A DNA stretch of 27,619 nucleotides, filler included, from an uncultured virus (IMG/VR IMGVR_UViG_2049941000_000851) (lineage: Duplodnaviria; Heunggongvirae; Uroviricota; Caudoviricetes). It is 9 parts of one record of this genome, joined end to end, with 100 filler letters (N's around TTAATTAATTAA, not from the genome) between each part and the next. Parts side by side here need not be neighbours in the genome. Positions count along the whole stretch, not along the records: positions 26,463 to 27,619 come from IMGVR_UViG_2049941000_000851; 8 more parts are not named here. One strand, given 5' to 3'. Numbering within the stretch: position 1 is the first letter of the stretch; each line of letters opens with the position of its first letter. Position numbers and translations under genes: made by a program. The notes under the pieces are model-generated. The model was given only the letters and a program-made list of their open reading frames with translations, had not been told where the DNA came from and made no database searches. Of this stretch, positions 26,998-27,619 are shown in pieces.

Positions 26998-27619
26998 GGA
27001 AAGGGTCACATTTACCGATGTGCCGGGACTCAGCGGTTCTCTTGTGCAGACCGAGGGCGTGGACGTATATAAGGACATAACGCTGACGGTGAAGTGCTAC
27101 TGCCCTGATCCCACACCGGCGGCTGTGGTTGCAATCGCCGCTTACTTCAGGGGCAGCGGCAGACTGGAATTGCCCAACCGGCCGGACGGATATTATGAGG
27201 CAAGGGTGGTAAACCAGATCTCCTTTGCCAAGATCCTGCGCGGAAATACACCCAGAACGTTCACGGTCAACTTCCGCTGTAAACCGATGCTGCACCTGTA
27301 CAGCGGTGAAACTGAGCAGTCGATAAGCAGTGGAGATTTTCTCCAAAACCCGACCGGCGTGCAGGCGAAACCGCTGATTACGATTATGGGCAGTGGGGAC
27401 ATTACTCTGCTGGTCGGTACGCAGATCATTGAGCTAAACGGCATTGAAGGCGGTATCATCCTCGACAGTGAACTGCAGGAGGCGTATTGGAATAACGCCC
27501 TCCAAAACAGCTGCATGACCGGCGAGTTCCCTGTGCTGGGAGAAGGCAATACGGCTATTAGTTGGACGGGCGGGATTGTGACAGAAGTGACGGTTGTTCC
27601 ACGTTGGGTCTCATTGTAA
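26912..27619 (+). CDS. Distal tail (Dit)-like siphophage tail component
   Basis: GGAG RBS, ATG at 26912. YIIWKGINS...PEERVTFTDVPGLSGSL...FTVNFRCKP...NPTGVQAKPLITIMGSG...FPVLGEGNTAISWTG...VVPRWVSL*. Confidence 0.85.
   Translation: MKDYIIWKGINSRTVGITVTELPEIILPEERVTFTDVPGLSGSLVQTEGVDVYKDITLTVKCYCPDPTPAAVVAIAAYFRGSGRLELPNRPDGYYEARVVNQISFAKILRGNTPRTFTVNFRCKPMLHLYSGETEQSISSGDFLQNPTGVQAKPLITIMGSGDITLLVGTQIIELNGIEGGIILDSELQEAYWNNALQNSCMTGEFPVLGEGNTAISWTGGIVTEVTVVPRWVSL

Overview
This is not a contiguous locus. It is nine short scaffolds joined by artificial N-TTAATTAATTAA-N linkers, each further broken by N gaps and containing contigs in mixed orientation. Almost all sequence is the morphogenesis module of HK97-like siphoviral (pro)phages, present as several related alleles: TerL, HNH nuclease, portal, ClpP-type protease, major capsid, head fibre, head closure, tail completion, HK97 gp10, major tail protein (MTP), tail assembly chaperone (TAC), a very long tape measure protein (TMP) and a Dit-like protein. 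A clostridial host is inferred from the Shine-Dalgarno style and protein types only. The main result is a bacterial class B-like group II intron inserted in phase 0 in the MTP gene. Both splice junctions are visible (...GCGGACGAC|GTGCG at 4398/4399 and ...CTATCACTAT|ATCGAGTTTGAC at 1418/1417 on the minus strand), and an intron-free allele (8260-8715) confirms the site. The intron occurs as two diverged variants, both with a degenerate HNH domain. Other points: a conserved -1 frameshift signal in the TAC gene; a Phd/YefM-VapC toxin-antitoxin moron with its own promoter and operator after one capsid allele; two distinct portal-protease-capsid classes; a stand-alone NrdD glycyl-radical C-terminal mini-protein before Dit; a candidate antisense small RNA in one TAC-TMP intergenic allele; and 23-24 aa repeats in the TMP. 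ORF-track entries that cross N gaps are chimeras.
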